Source: the human T2T-CHM13v2.0 reference genome, Homo sapiens
Direction: 5' to 3' (one strand)
NCBI RefSeq assembly: GCF_009914755.1
Contig: NC_060934.1
DNA length: 64,000 nt
Part shown: in pieces, positions 40,920 through 55,154 of the stretch
Numbering within the stretch: position 1 is the stretch's first letter
Layout: each line of letters starts with the position of its first letter
Translations under genes and position numbers: made by a program
The notes under the pieces: generated by a model
Told to the model about the DNA's origin: nothing
The model's database searches: none
Seen by the model: the letters and a program-made list of their open reading frames with translations, nothing else

Positions 40920-41336
40920 TAGTTCATCTTAAACACACTCCAATGAAGGAATAAGTACATTAAAAAAAAAAATGGGCTGGTCCTGCCTTTTAAATGGTCC
41001 ACAAAGCACGTTTGTTTAGAATTTGGAACCTGTATTTTTCTAGAAGGAATATGCTAAAATTTAAAGACTAAGTAGAGACTAACTGTTCAGGTAAGTTCTT
41101 AAATTAATGTAACTGAAAAAAGGATTGAATTGGCTGAAAACAAATTTAACTGCTATTCTGCTATGATAGCCTCAGAACCTGAATAGTGAAAAAATAAAAT
41201 AAATGAGTAAAAAACAATTGAATGACTAATCTATAATATTCTCTTCTCTGAGAAAATGTATTATGTAAGCCGTGCTTGTTCTTGGGGCTCTAAAGAGAGT
41301 TTGCCTGTGACCTCTGCAGTGAGAGTAGCTGCTTTT

Positions 41337-41778
41337 TTTCTTTTTATCTTTTTTTGTAATTTAAGTTCCAGGGCACATGTGCAAGATGCACAGGTTTGTT
41401 ACGTAGGTAAACGTGTACCATGGTGGTTTGCTACACCTCTCAACCCATCACCTAGGTATTAAGCCCAGAGTGAATTAGCTATTTTTCTTGATGTTCTTCC
41501 CTCCACCCACCCTCCCTGACCCTCCCTGTATCCATGTGTTTTCATTGTTCAGCTCCCAGTTATAAGTGAGAACATGCAGTGTTTGGTTTTCTGTTCCTGT
41601 GTTAGTTTGCTGAGGACAGTGGCTTCCAGCTTCATCCATGTTCCTGCAAAGGACATGATCTCATTCCTTTTTATGGCTGCATAATACTCCATGATGTATA
41701 TGTACCACATTTTCTTTATCCAGTCTATCATTGATGGGCATTTGGGTTGGTTCCATGTCTTTGCTGTTGTGAATAGTG
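41337..41778 (-). mobile_element. L1PA 3' end, 5'-truncated
   Basis: Perfect 16-bp TSD GAGAGTAGCTGCTTTT (41321-41336 / 41779-41794) followed by AA (TTTT/AA endonuclease site). Confidence 0.96.
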
Positions 41779-42224
41779 GAGAGTAGCTGCTTTTAATATA
41801 TGTGAACCATTAGACAGAGAAACCGTCATGGGTAATTTATTGGGAATTCCATGGGATTTTTACCATATTGAGTTCATAAAAAAAGAAATATGAATACTTT
41901 CCCATTTAGCTATGAGATTATTTGCATAATATTGTCAGCCACCAAATTAAAAGATAAATTGGAATCACAACTATTATTTTACTACTTTACTGTTTTGAAC
42001 TTAATTCAACCTGTAGTGATGTAGCTGGCAAGACTTATGTTTGTTGGAAGATACAGTTGATTTTGACTTTACATAGTAGTGTATCTAATTGTCATATGTA
42101 AAATACTTTATAGATAAAATTATGTTTCTATATAGGAGAGTACACAGAAAGAATATAGCACAGTAGTAAGCTATTTTGTAATCTGAACATTTTTAAGTTC
42201 AAGTTTGCTTTTCTCAAAACTGAG

Positions 42225-42715
42225 TGCAAAGAGAGCCAGGATAAAGTTAAAAAGACATGGGCTTTAAAGTCAGATGATGTTTATTAAAATTCTATCTCCA
42301 TTATATGAATTTAGGCAATTTCTTGACTTCTCTGAGTCTTTTCTGAGTCAAATTCTCTGTCGATGAAATATTAATAGTTAAAAGTTGTTTACTATTTCAG
42401 ACTCGAATTCTGCTATCTCATCATTGTTTAGTCTTCTCTATTCATTAAATGAAAGCACCATCTGCTCTATTGCTCAGACCTAGACCAAAGATGTTTCCTT
42501 CATTCCTGTTTTTACTCTAAACACATGAAACCCATTAGTAGGTCCTATCTGCTTTTCTACCAAAACATCTTCACAATGCATTCCCTTTTCTCTATCTACA
42601 CTTCAGCATTCTATCTAGACCATCATCTTCTCTATCTAGAATATAGTGCAGAGAGTATGCCATTTACCTTAGTCTTCAGTGACTTAAAATTTCATAAGCA
42701 AATGTCAGGATAATT
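42225..42715 (+). mobile_element. MIR followed by an L2 fragment
   Basis: GGGCTTTAAAGTCAGA; AAATGAAAGCACCATC...TTGCTCAGACC; AGACCATCATCTTCTC. Confidence 0.6.
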
Positions 42716-43659
42716 TTGAAATAATTACTGGAAAAGTGCTAACTGAGGCAGAAAATCCTTTTAATGTGAGTAGGATGAATTATACCTCAGATGCCCTTAA
42801 GGTTTGCATATATACTATAATGGAGCAGAGACAAAGTTTTGTATTGAATGCTTCATTTTTCTTAGGATTAATTCACAATATTTAATGGTATGGCATATAG
42901 TATAACACGGGAACTTTTTCTCACTCTCTTTTTTGAATTGTGAATCAATTCTGTTGAGCTAAGGCTTTGCAAATCTTTCGATGGGATATAAATTAGAGTA
43001 AGAACTGGAATTCCACAGAGCATAATCTACCTCTAGCACTTATAGCACTTAATCAGACATTTGTAGTCAAATTACTTCCATTTACTTATTTTTCCACTCA
43101 GAAGTAACATTTCCCAGGTATTTTTGGAGAATTAATTAGTTTCCATTAATTAATTTGTTTCCACTATAGCTTTAATAACTCTGTTGAACCTCAGGGTAAC
43201 TCACTGTAATGGTGTGGACCTAATTTGCCAAGTGCAATGCAATAGCCTTTTGTTTGAATAGAATTCTTCTGTCAATGTCAGTCAATTAACTAAAGTGATT
43301 TTTAAATGCCTACCTTATGAGCCACTTTGTGCCAGGGCCCTGTAGGGACTCCAAGAATAGACTACTACATTCCTAGATTCAAAAACTAAAATCTAGTTGG
43401 GAAGAAAAGAGCAACTTACAAAATCATCTAAAAGGAATATAATATATAATTAAGATTCTGCAAAGTGTAATATCAAAGTAATAAATGATAGGAAAATTCT
43501 CAGGGTAGTTGATACCAAAGTTCAACAGAGTTCCATTCTCATAGTGCACCCTACTAAGTAGAAAGTTACTTACCTGTTTATCATCCCGCCTGACCTATTC
43601 TTAGTTGTCAACATTTATGGAGTGTCTGGGGGAAAGAAGAAGGGGCAGAGAGAGGAATA

Positions 43660-43890
43660 ACAAAACAAATTGTTTCTGAGTACCTAATAAATTTCAGTTA
43701 CTTATGTCTACATGTTTTATCATTTAATCTTAATAATTATCTGGCAAAATAGGTTTATTTGTGCACGATTTACAGTTCAGAAAATTGAGGCTCAGAGAAG
43801 GGAAAGAACTTACACCAGATAGTTCAGTTAGGAAGACTTAGGCTTCTCTTTACCAAGCTACTTTCTTTCTGCAGCATCATATAACCTACC
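43660..43890 (-). mobile_element. MIR
   Basis: TTTACAGTTCAGAAAATTGAGGCTCAGAGAAGG. Confidence 0.7.
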
Positions 43891-44589
43891 AGTTAAAACA
43901 AACAAACAAAACTCTATAATAGCAATTCAGTACAAAGAAGAATTACTGTAGGTGTTTTGAGAGGATTTGGTTAGTTTCTTTTCATTAGTTTCCTTTATGA
44001 TTTACCCCCGATAAGTTTAAGAATAACAAGTGATAGAATAGGTCTTATTAGCAAAATGCATGATAAAATGGAGTAATCAAATCACCATTCAATAGGACTC
44101 CTGGTCTCTTCTGTCAAGAAATTCATAAACTTAACATGAGATGTAGATAAACATAATGAATTATAAAACAGGGAGCATCAACAGTAAAATTTAAGAGTGA
44201 ATCTTCTCTTTCTGTGACTACTGTCTTCTTCATAATCACTTAAATTCTTTCTCAAAAGGGTAGTTTGATCAAGGAAAATAAAACTGGAAAGATAAGGTAG
44301 GATCATGCTCCTTTGCATAATTTATAAAAGAATAATATTAATATTCAAAGCTGATTCTGGTTGCTAAAATATTTTGGTGATTTACACAATATTGCAGTAA
44401 GAATATGTTTCCCATATGACGTTACACTTTCTCAAGGAGTAACAACTTGGTGCATTATTTTATTCATTCAAAACTAAACTAATTGTCTTAATTTTAATAT
44501 TACCTACAGATGGCTTAAGGTTATCTAAGAAACTTTTATAATATGTTTATAACATAAATACTTGCCCATTTTCTGCGAATTCCAGGAGC

Positions 44590-45193
44590 TTTCTCAATGA
44601 ACTTAAAAGAGAACTACCATTCAATGCAGCAATTCTGTTACTGGGTATATATCCAAAAGAAAATAAATTGGTCTACCAAAAAAGCACATGAACTTGTACG
44701 TTCATCACAGCACTATTCACAATAGCAAACATGTGGAATCAACCTAGGAGCCCATTAGTGGTGGATTGGATAAAGAAAATGTGGTGCATATACACCATGG
44801 AATACTACACAGCTATAAGAAGGAGTGAAATCATGTGCTTTGCAGCAACGTGAATGGAGCTGAGGCCCATAATCCTGAGCAAATTAACACAAGAACAGGA
44901 AACCAAATACCGCATGTTTTCACATATAAGTAGGAGATAAACATGATAAACGGGTACACATGGCCGTAAAGATAAGAACGCTAGACACTGGGGACTAGTA
45001 GAGTGGGGAGGGAGGGCAAGAGGACAAGGTTCAAAAGCTACCTGTTGGGTACTATGCTCACTAGCTGGGTGACAGGATCAATGATACCCCAAGCCTCGGT
45101 ATCACGCAACATACCCATTTTACAAACCTGCACATATACCTTCTGAATCAAAAATAAATGTTGAATTTATAATAAGGAAAAGTAAAGAAAAAG
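44590..45193 (+). mobile_element. Old primate L1 3' end (L1PA16/L1PB-like)
   Basis: GAACTACCATTCAATGCAGCAAT; GGATAAAGAAAATGTGG; GGGTACTATGCTCACTAGCTGGGTGAC. Confidence 0.92.
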
Positions 45194-46714
45194 ACAGGTG
45201 ATGTTGGCATTGTGGAAGCCTTGAATTCCAAGACAGGAAAACATTCATCTTTAATTTGTTCAGCTATAGGGAGCCACTGAAGGTTTACAGACATATTACA
45301 TACTAAAGCTATAGTTTTGAACAATTAGACTAAAAATGATGGCATATGGATTAGGATTGGAAGGAACAAACTTGGACACCACTGTAGCATTTCAGGGAAA
45401 AAGTAGTTAGATGGTGGAATGATGATAAAAGGAAGAAATTGACATGAGGTATCTTCTGATGTGTTGTATTGAGGCCTAAAATGGACACATTTTATAACTT
45501 TTCAGTTACATGTTCATATGTGTTTATGCATTTCCTGCAATGATAGAATTTCCTTTTTGTTCTCCCTTCACATTTATTAAAACTTTATTAAAATGTTAGC
45601 CTCCTTTAGCTAAGCTAAGTCTTCCCCAACAAAGTGGTTTTGTCCATGCTTAGGTTAGAGTTGTAAATGTTAAAAGTAGCTCTGTTTAAAAATTTCTGAG
45701 CACAAATTTACAAAATAAGTTTTTTACTGATGACAGAGAGTATCTGTGCTATTTTTCCTACTGTCTGATACCCAAATTATGTTCACATTTTTAGCCAATT
45801 CAAATAGTAGCAACTGAAAGAAGAGATAGTTGATATATACTCCTAATCTTAGAGGAAGTTAACGTATTTAAATTTCCTGCAGCTGTTCCTGGTATGAGGA
45901 AAAGGATGTACATGTATTCCTGTCTTCCTGACTTGTATTATTATTCATGTCTCAAGATAGACTAAGCATTTCTCAAGAGAAATCTAGCCATTTAAGTGTG
46001 GCATATTTTATAAATACAAATATAAGAATCACTGATTAATTCACAAACTGTGTACTCAAACCTCACTAAAAATGGGTCTCACTGTGTCCTTTAATATTCA
46101 CTTATTAAACGTTTTTCTAGGAACAACATATTCAGACGGGCCTCATTTTTTTGTCATCTGAGAAATGTAGGAACTGGCTCCTTCTAGTTGGAAGACTTCT
46201 AAAACTTAAATCCACTTCTAAATACTCATAGAGAGACCATCTTTCTTTCCAGAGAAAATAACAATAATATTAATAGTAGTAATAATGGAAGAAAGAATAA
46301 AACTGCAGAAAGGGAATTTTTCCTAAAGCGAAGCTGTAATGAATAGCAGCAGTTTTATTCTTCCTTAAGGTGTATTTGCATAGTTGTAAATTACGCATGT
46401 CAAACACCAAACAAATCCTCATTCCGTGTCAGGATTTTAACTCCTTACCCAAAGCCAAGTGTACATTACAGTGAGTCCATAGAGAGTCTATGTTTTTAAG
46501 TTAATCCTTACATTAAATTAAAGGATGAAGTGGAAAGGTTTAAAGCAGTTTCCTCTGCTATTGAATTCCAATACATTAATATCTAAAAATTAAGCACAAT
46601 ATTTGTATAGTGTTACTTTAGTATTAAATATTGTATAGCTTCACATGGTAGGATTACTCTCTAGAGCAAATGTACACATATATAGCTTGCTTTTCATTTA
46701 AATACCAATCCATT

Positions 46715-46930
46715 GGCAGCATAGTACAAGAGAAATGGTTTTGAAGTAAGTTGGCTTTGCTAATCCTGGCTCCAGAAACTTTGGATTTGACCTGGACGAG
46801 TTTCAAAGTATCTCTGAGCCTCAATCTTCTCATCTGAAAATGGGAATAATAAATATCTACTTCAGAGAATGATGTTTTGGGATTATGTAAGAGACAATGG
46901 ACATACTAAGAGATTACTCATAAACTGTTC
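46715..46930 (+). mobile_element. MIR
   Basis: TCTCTGAGCCTCAATCTTCTCATCTGAAAATGGGAATAAT. Confidence 0.8.
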
Positions 46931-47589
46931 ATACTTTTCTATACCATACAAAACATATCTGGATTAAAACAGATGCAGAACCTTCACTTTATTCCCTGGT
47001 GTATCATTGTTGCTCAGCCTTACTTTCCCCAAGGTAACCAATCATTAGGAAGTCAAAGACAGAATGGTTCAGAGATGCTGATCGAAGCAAGTGCAAAGTT
47101 CATTGGCCATATCCTGGAGGGACTGTCTCTTGACAAACTTATCAGAGATTAGAACATGCTCATTCATTTAAACCAGAAAACACATTTTGAATCCTAATGT
47201 GTGTTAGCCATTGCCCCAGGCATTGAGTATACAGTGCACATTTTTTTTTAGCATCATCACACTTTGGTTTTGGTACATCTTGGAAAACACTATCATCCAT
47301 ACCTTTGACATGATCGTATCAGTTTCATTTGTTCCTTTGGATAAAAGCACCTAAAATCTTTTATCTAGAACAGAGATTTGGAAATTTAAATATAAAAAAG
47401 GCCTGCAGTTTTAAACGCAATTTCCTGAGCCCTATCTCTAGAGATAATAACTCAAAGTCTGAGGTAGGCCTTACAACTATCTGCTCAATAGATTTTGATC
47501 AACAAACTAGTTAGTCTACAGCTGTATTTCTCAGTTTCACTCAGGACGTTTATAGCCAAAGTATTCATATCTAAATGGACTTTGCGATT

Positions 47590-49125
47590 TTTAACAAGGA
47601 GAACTTGTCAAAAACAGTAAAGAACTAGAAGGTGATTTCTTCTTGGGAAAAAACAAATTCTGGTTATAATCAAATTTCCAAATGAACAGATTTTACTATT
47701 TGATTGAAATAAACCAATCTATGACTAGAAAATTAACTGAGGGTTGAGATTCCAGTGATCCCGTTGGTTATTAAGAGGATAATCCGAAAGGTTTCTTTGA
47801 TGTGCCATGTGAACCACAATTAAAATAAACAAATATAGCTTGAGCTTTCCATCAAAAGGCTAGGAGATGTATAACATCAGTTATAGTAATTGCCTTTTGA
47901 TAGTAGTCCAAGAATACAGTTACTTCCCTTTTTTTTCAATGATTCTATGAATATTTTAAATATACAAAAGTTTTAGATAGATACCAAATAAAAATTTGCA
48001 TGCAGCTGTTTTTTTGGAGAGGGTTATACATGTTAAGTGTGAGCTTAATATGAATAAATACATCTAGATGAGCTGTTGTTTTGTCTCGAAACCATTCCCT
48101 GTCATTAGACAGGCTATAAGGGAATGCTGTAATATTTTGTTGCTGAGTTGCTAACTGGATATTCATGAACTAGGTGCCCTATCAACTACTCAGTCAATTG
48201 TTGTGTTAACTAGCTGCTATGTACTTTGCTGGCTTCTGCTGAGGGAGGCTACAAGACAAAACAAACAAGGGGGAAAAACCTGCCATGTGTGTAAGGTTTC
48301 ATAGCAAAAAGTTTGGATAACCTGGGGAAAATAAATTTTGTTGCAATATCTAATGAAAAGAATAATGCAGCCCAGGCACAGTGGCTCACAGCTGTAATCC
48401 CAGCACTTTGGGAGGCTGAGGAGGGTGTATCACCTGAGGTCAGGTTTTTGAGACCAACCTAGCCAATATCATGAAACCCCGTCTCTACTAAAAATACAAA
48501 AATTAGCTGGGTGTGGTGGCATGTGCCTGTAATTCCAGCTACTCAGGAAGCAGAGACAGGAGAATTGCTTGAACCAGGAGGCGGAGGTTGCAGTGAGCCC
48601 AGATCGTGCCACTGCACTCCAGCCTGGGCGACAGAGTGAGACTCTGTCTCAAAAATGAAACAAAAAAAAGAACAATGCAATACTTTATTCTATGTGATTT
48701 ACAGTATAAAATGGATATTTACCAGGTTATGCACCTTCACTTTCATTTTCCTTTTGGAAATCCCTTTGTGTGTTCAAGTGCAAAACTTGTAAGAAAGTCG
48801 AAAAATCAAAACGAAGTTTAAGTGGTAAAAGTGACATTATTCACTCTACGAAGATAAAATTAATTCTAGTAGAACTTAAAGTTACTCTATTTTAATTGGA
48901 GAAAGAAATTTCTCACAAGTAAGAACATTGTAGAGTTGTGAGATATACTAAGAAGTAATCAGAAATGGAAGCAATCAATTACTATGATGAATAGGAGATC
49001 ATAGAAGATCAATAGAAGATTTAAATGCAGCCTGCTTACTGTTGGGAGAAAGTAGGTTAGATAAATTCACAAGGTCATTAAGAGCTTGTGTTTGTGTGTT
49101 TAACAAGCAGAACTTGTCAAAAACA
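47590..49125. repeat. Dispersed 27-bp direct repeat (47590-47616 and 49099-49125)
   Basis: TTTAACAAG(G/C)AGAACTTGTCAAAAACA, 26/27 identical. Confidence 0.9.
48370..48665 (+). mobile_element. AluS, full length
   Basis: ATCACCTGAGGTCAGG; TSD AAAAGAATAATGCA / AAAAGAACAATGCA. Confidence 0.96.
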
Positions 49126-50171
49126 AGATTTTTTTCTCTTCAATGATGGTCAGACCAACATAGTTGTGACTGATTTTGAGAAATTATTTCATTTTCAGCA
49201 TCTGCTACAAACATATCCAAGAAGTCAAAGTTGTAGATCCAGATTTTAGTTGGAAAGCAGAAAAGCACCAGTTAGCAATGAGCTTTCCTTCTTTGTCTTC
49301 CTATTGCACAAGTGGAGAAACTGAGGCTTGGAGAGGCTACCCGCCCCCCATAATCATTTTCACTTGGAGAATAGGTGGCATATGGGGAACTAGAATCAAA
49401 ATGCTGAGTCCCTCTGGCTAATTTTCTTTCCCCATTGTATGCCATCTATTGTGGAATCACAAGTCATATAAAGAGGATATTAATGTTCTTTTTACTTTCA
49501 TATATTCCCCAAACATTTAGATTGTAAGAAGAATATTTTACTCCAGTGAAGAAAATTATTCTGTCACCAAGAAAAAAGGTTCCTCTTTCTACACAAAGAT
49601 TTCCTTGCCAAAAACTAATTGCTTAGCATAAAAATGCCACCCTTTTTTCATGCATTAGTAAAATCAATTCTCCCCACTCTAATACTGCTCAGCCATTGTG
49701 TCTGTCAGCACTCTGGGTGCAAAGCTGAAATCTAAAGCTGTGTCATCAAGCACAATTAATTTTAGGGTTGATTTTGCAGTTTGTGAGCTCTCTAGGCTTT
49801 GCGCTTCTCTTCTGTTCTTCTGTAACCTACCATTTCGATATGGGGGGGGTGGGGTGGTATTGCAACCTCAATAAAACTTAGAAAAAAGGAAAGGAAATCA
49901 GGTGCCTTTGTTCATTTCTTCAAAACTTTATTGAACACTTACTTCTGTCAAACATTGGTAAGCACAAGGAATGTGGAAACCTGCAATTAACAGACCTGAG
50001 ACAACTGACAGTTAGGGAGTGTACTGGACATTGATTTCTAAATTCAGATGGTAAATAGTTTAACAAAGGCAAACACAGTAGGGGTGTTGTTGAAGCACAC
50101 ACAAGGAACAGTAGAAACAAATTGCCTGAACTCGGATTGAAGAATAAGTAAGAGTCAGTAAGGAAAAGTAG

Positions 50172-50233
50172 TATGTGTGTGTGTGTGTGTGCCTGTGTGT
50201 GCACACATACGCGCATGCATACACATGTGTATG
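50172..50233. repeat. (TG)n / alternating purine-pyrimidine tract within an L2 remnant
   Basis: TATGTGTGTG...GTGCACACATACGCGCATGCATACACATGTGTATG. Confidence 0.85.
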
Positions 50234-52700
50234 AAAGGAAAAATTTTTGCATATTAAAGTTCTAAGAAAAGACATTTAGAGACGAACTCTATAATCCTTT
50301 GTCAAATGTAAAACTGTTGGTAGCTATTTGATCTCTATTCATGGGATACTTCTACATTATCACAGATCAAACCCCCTCACCTCATAAAATGTATCAAGGA
50401 ATTTAAGATCAATTCTGTCATTAGACAAAATAAAAATCATTTTAAATGGCACATTTGAAAGATTTAACTTTTGATTTTTGAGGATTTTCCTCATAGATAT
50501 CTATTCAGTCAGTAAATATGACTGGTTTGAATACTTTGTTAGAACTGGAGAAATAGAGAAGAGTAAGTTGTCACCAGCACTGCAGAAAGTGTTCAGTCTA
50601 ATTAACAAGATACAGTTGGCACCCAGTAATTAAGACTATTCTGCAATAAAATATTCAAACTGGAATGAAGGCTGTGGGGGTTGTTAAAAAAGCATCTTCC
50701 GTAAAAACTTATCTGAGATAATCTTTCGTTCCCATTTGAATATTTACATAGATGCACAGTTCCACCTAGAGTCTGATTTTCAATTAGACAAAAAAAAGAG
50801 ATCCAGAATCTCTACTTATAAAAAACATTTCTGATTTTGTAATTAAGAAGCCCAGTAATTAAATATGCCTGGAAAATTGTATTAGATTGCATTGCATTGG
50901 GTCAGGTACATGCTTTCATTTCACACTTAAGAGCCCCTTTTAAGAGCATAAGCAAATTAAAAAACAGCAACCCAACAAACTCTATTCCCCCTGTTAGGGG
51001 GGAAAACACATTCTAATACAGCTTCTAATTTGCCTTGCTAATTCTAATTAGTATAGTGTGAGCTGCTGGACAGTTTTTCCAGAAGGACACTCTGCAAAGA
51101 AGCATATTTCTTTAGCTGCACGCTCTGGGGAAAGAACTCAAACTGGGAAAATTGAATAGATACTTTTTCTCATTTGATTGAAGGTTATAGATGAAATAAA
51201 ATAAGGTTCGAGGAAATCAAAAGAGGCTGCCCTTTTCTCTATTCAGAACTGCTGAAAAGATTGAATGATAAGATGAAACTGAAATAAAGCCTCCAGACCA
51301 TTGCCTTTGAATGGTTTGGTGAGTTGCTACAATTAAAGAAACACTTGTTTACTCTTGCCACAATGCATGAGTGGGATCTACTAGGATTCTACTTGTTTCT
51401 GGGTGTTTAATTTCAGTTCTGACCCTAGAAAGTACAATCTTTGAGAGCAGGGATTGTGTGCTCCACTTTGCTTGTGCTGACTTCCATAGCTCAGATATAC
51501 TAACTGGATCAGACTCCCACAATCAATACTTGCCTATTGATGAGAGGCCCATCTCCTGCCTGCCGTGATTATTGATCAGGGTCTCTGAGAGGATTCCATG
51601 GCCTTCGTCTGTCCCTAGGACTAGCCAAGAACAGCAGACACCATACATTCATAAATAGATCCAGGGCAACTTCCCTTCTCCTTCTCATTTTGAGTTTTAG
51701 TCTAAATATAAATTATTGGCTAATCAGTGCACATTCTGGCATTCTGGGGGCTCAGTACCATTGTTTTAATTATGAAAAGAGGACTTTTATTTTTTAATTT
51801 TGACTGGGGTCCAACTCAAATATTCTGACCAGTTTGTATGCTACATCTCATGAAGGGAACATATAGAATGTTTCTGATGATCCTCACAAGTATTGACTAG
51901 TAAATTACAAATAGGACCTCCAGTTTTGCATACAGCTTCTTGAAAGGGGAGCAGTTCTTTTTGTTCTAAACTGTGATGGCTTTGTTCCTCATTTAATCAT
52001 TTCTGAGTTTAATTTTAAGTCATCACTATCAATTTAAAAGACAGGTTTTGATATCAACATTATGCACATCAGATTAGCGTTTTGTACTTTTGCTTTTCAG
52101 AAAATAATTGTTTTAGCTTAATGGAGTGTAAGAATAACTTAAGTAAAAGAATGCCATAGTTCCATTTGGAGGTCTCTTCTAAATTAGTTTATTCTATTTT
52201 GCTTTTGCAGTATCACTAAAGTGCCCTGTATACAGTACTTTGAAGCTTATTGAAAATACATTTCTCATATACAAATTATATTGTCTTCAAGAGAAATGCT
52301 GATTTCCTTTAAGAGGGTAATACCCTATACTGAGAAAAACAAAAAACAAAAAACTAGACCTAGTTTTCAGTTCCAATTACTAACTGATTGTTGGTTATTA
52401 AATATTCGCTTTCTTATTAGACTTTACCAGTTCCAGCAACTGGTTTACCTTAGCCTCCTGTCCATCATGGCCATTACTGATTATGAAACTAATTAGTGTT
52501 GAGTGCATGCCTGTTGAGTGTAGGCTCTCAAACTGCTGATTGAATAGATTTGGAAGAGGGCTCTGACATCTCCATTTTTAACAAACATCTCAAATTATTC
52601 AAACGCAGGTGGTCAGGGAGCCATCTTTGAAAAATACCACTCAACATGGTAAAGGCATCAGAGTCTACCAATTTATTTAAATTTAGGTTAGACAAGGTAA

Positions 52701-53353
<653 letters not shown>

Positions 53354-53604
53354 AAGGCAGTTTCATCACTAAATACCTGTAAAGCCTAAGACATTTGATC
53401 ATGTTCTGCAGGTAGCCATAAAGTCTAGAAACAGTTGAATATACATAATAAATGGTTTGTTGATATTACATCACAATAAATGTTATATTCAATATGTTGT
53501 CTCATATTACCACTGCATAGTTTAGTGCAATGTGCAAAATTACAAGGAACATCATGTGTGAGCACTCCATTTACATCAATCTCTGCATGTGTATCTGTGA
53601 TATG

Positions 53605-53674
53605 TTGATAAGGTTCCTCAAATTTCACTAAATAAACTTTTGATATGTTTCCTCAAATTTCACTAAATAAACTC
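53605..53674. repeat. 35-bp tandem duplication
   Basis: Identical 25-bp core TTCCTCAAATTTCACTAAATAAACT at 53614 and 53649. Confidence 0.93.
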
Positions 53675-54090
53675 TTTTCCTTTAGCCTAACACAAACTCT
53701 TAAATCATCAATCCAGTTTTGTAGATTATCACTCAGTCATTTCTATATCACAGTGGCCTGGGGGATGTGGTGTGCTGTGCTACTGGAACCACTCAGATGG
53801 CTTTCTTTAGCACATAAAATGGGGCATTATTTGATCACTTAAATTAGCAAACATTGTTTGTCTTAGACTTTAGTAACTACAGGACTGCCTTGGTCTCTTG
53901 CTGTACTCAACCAAAAAGACATAGGCTGGGGAATTATAAAATTTGGATTAGAAAAAAAATAAATGTTAAGTGATCTTATATTAAGGGTCTTTCAGTTTTT
54001 AAATGATTTAGAGTTATGAAATGAGTCAGTGCTCCTGGATGTATGATAATGGAATCCTGTGGATCCCATTGGTGATATAAATTAACTCTG

Positions 54091-54368
54091 TGCCAAGTGC
54101 GGTGGCTCAAGCCTGTAACCCCAGCATTTTGGAAAGCCAAGGCAGAAAGATTGCTTGGGTCCAGCAGCTCAAGACCAGTCTAGGCAACATAGTGAGATCC
54201 CATCTCTACAAAAAATGGTAAAGCTTAGCTGGAGGTAGTAGAGCATGCCTGTAGTCCCAGCTACTCAGGAGGCTGAGGTGGAAGGATCTCTTGAGCCCAG
54301 GAGGTTGAGACTGCAGTGACCTGGGCAAGAGGGAAAGACCTTGTTTCAAAAAATAAACAGATAAAAAT
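54091..54368 (+). mobile_element. AluJ with a right-arm deletion
   Basis: GGCAACATAGTGAGA; TTGAGCCCAGGAGG; GCAGTGA joined directly to CCTGGGCAA. Confidence 0.92.
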
Positions 54369-54369
54369 A

Positions 54370-54720
<351 letters not shown>

Positions 54721-54853
54721 TTACCTAAGTTTGATTTTAGTTGAATCATCACTCCTCCAGGTAAACCTTTTCTGACCTCCCAGACCAGGTCAGATTCACC
54801 TATTCACCTATCTCATGGTAATACATACTTTTACCATTAGTACTTATGTAATT

Positions 54854-55154
54854 TTTGTTTTGTTTTGTTTTGTTTTTTGGAATGGAGCCTCACTCTGTCA
54901 CCCAGGCTGGAGTGCAGTGGCAGGATCTTGGCTCACTGCAACCTCTGCCGGATTCAAGCGATTCTCCTGCCTCAGACTCCTGTGTAGCTGGGCTTACAGG
55001 CGCCTGCCACCATGCCCGGCTAATTTTTGTATTTTTAGTAGAGATGGGGTTTCACTATTTTGGTCAGGCTGGTCCCAAACTCCTGACCTCATGATCCACC
55101 TGCCTCGGCCTCCCAAAGTGCTGGGATTACAGGCGTGAGTCACCTCGCCTGGCC
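54854..55154 (-). mobile_element. AluS (Sg-like) inserted in an L2 remnant
   Basis: CCTGACCTCATGATCCACC; TSD CTTATGTAATT / CTTATGTGATT; L2-like sequence on both sides. Confidence 0.95.

Noticed and set aside
42765-42840. Faint resemblance to SSU rRNA (GGATGA...ATGCCCTTA...CTATAATGG...ACAAAG)
   Set aside because: Only short scattered words match and the flanks do not continue; chance is the likely explanation.
43034-43051. Very short tandem duplications (TAGCACTTA x2; ATTCACCT x2 near 54794)
   Set aside because: Expected background slippage events.
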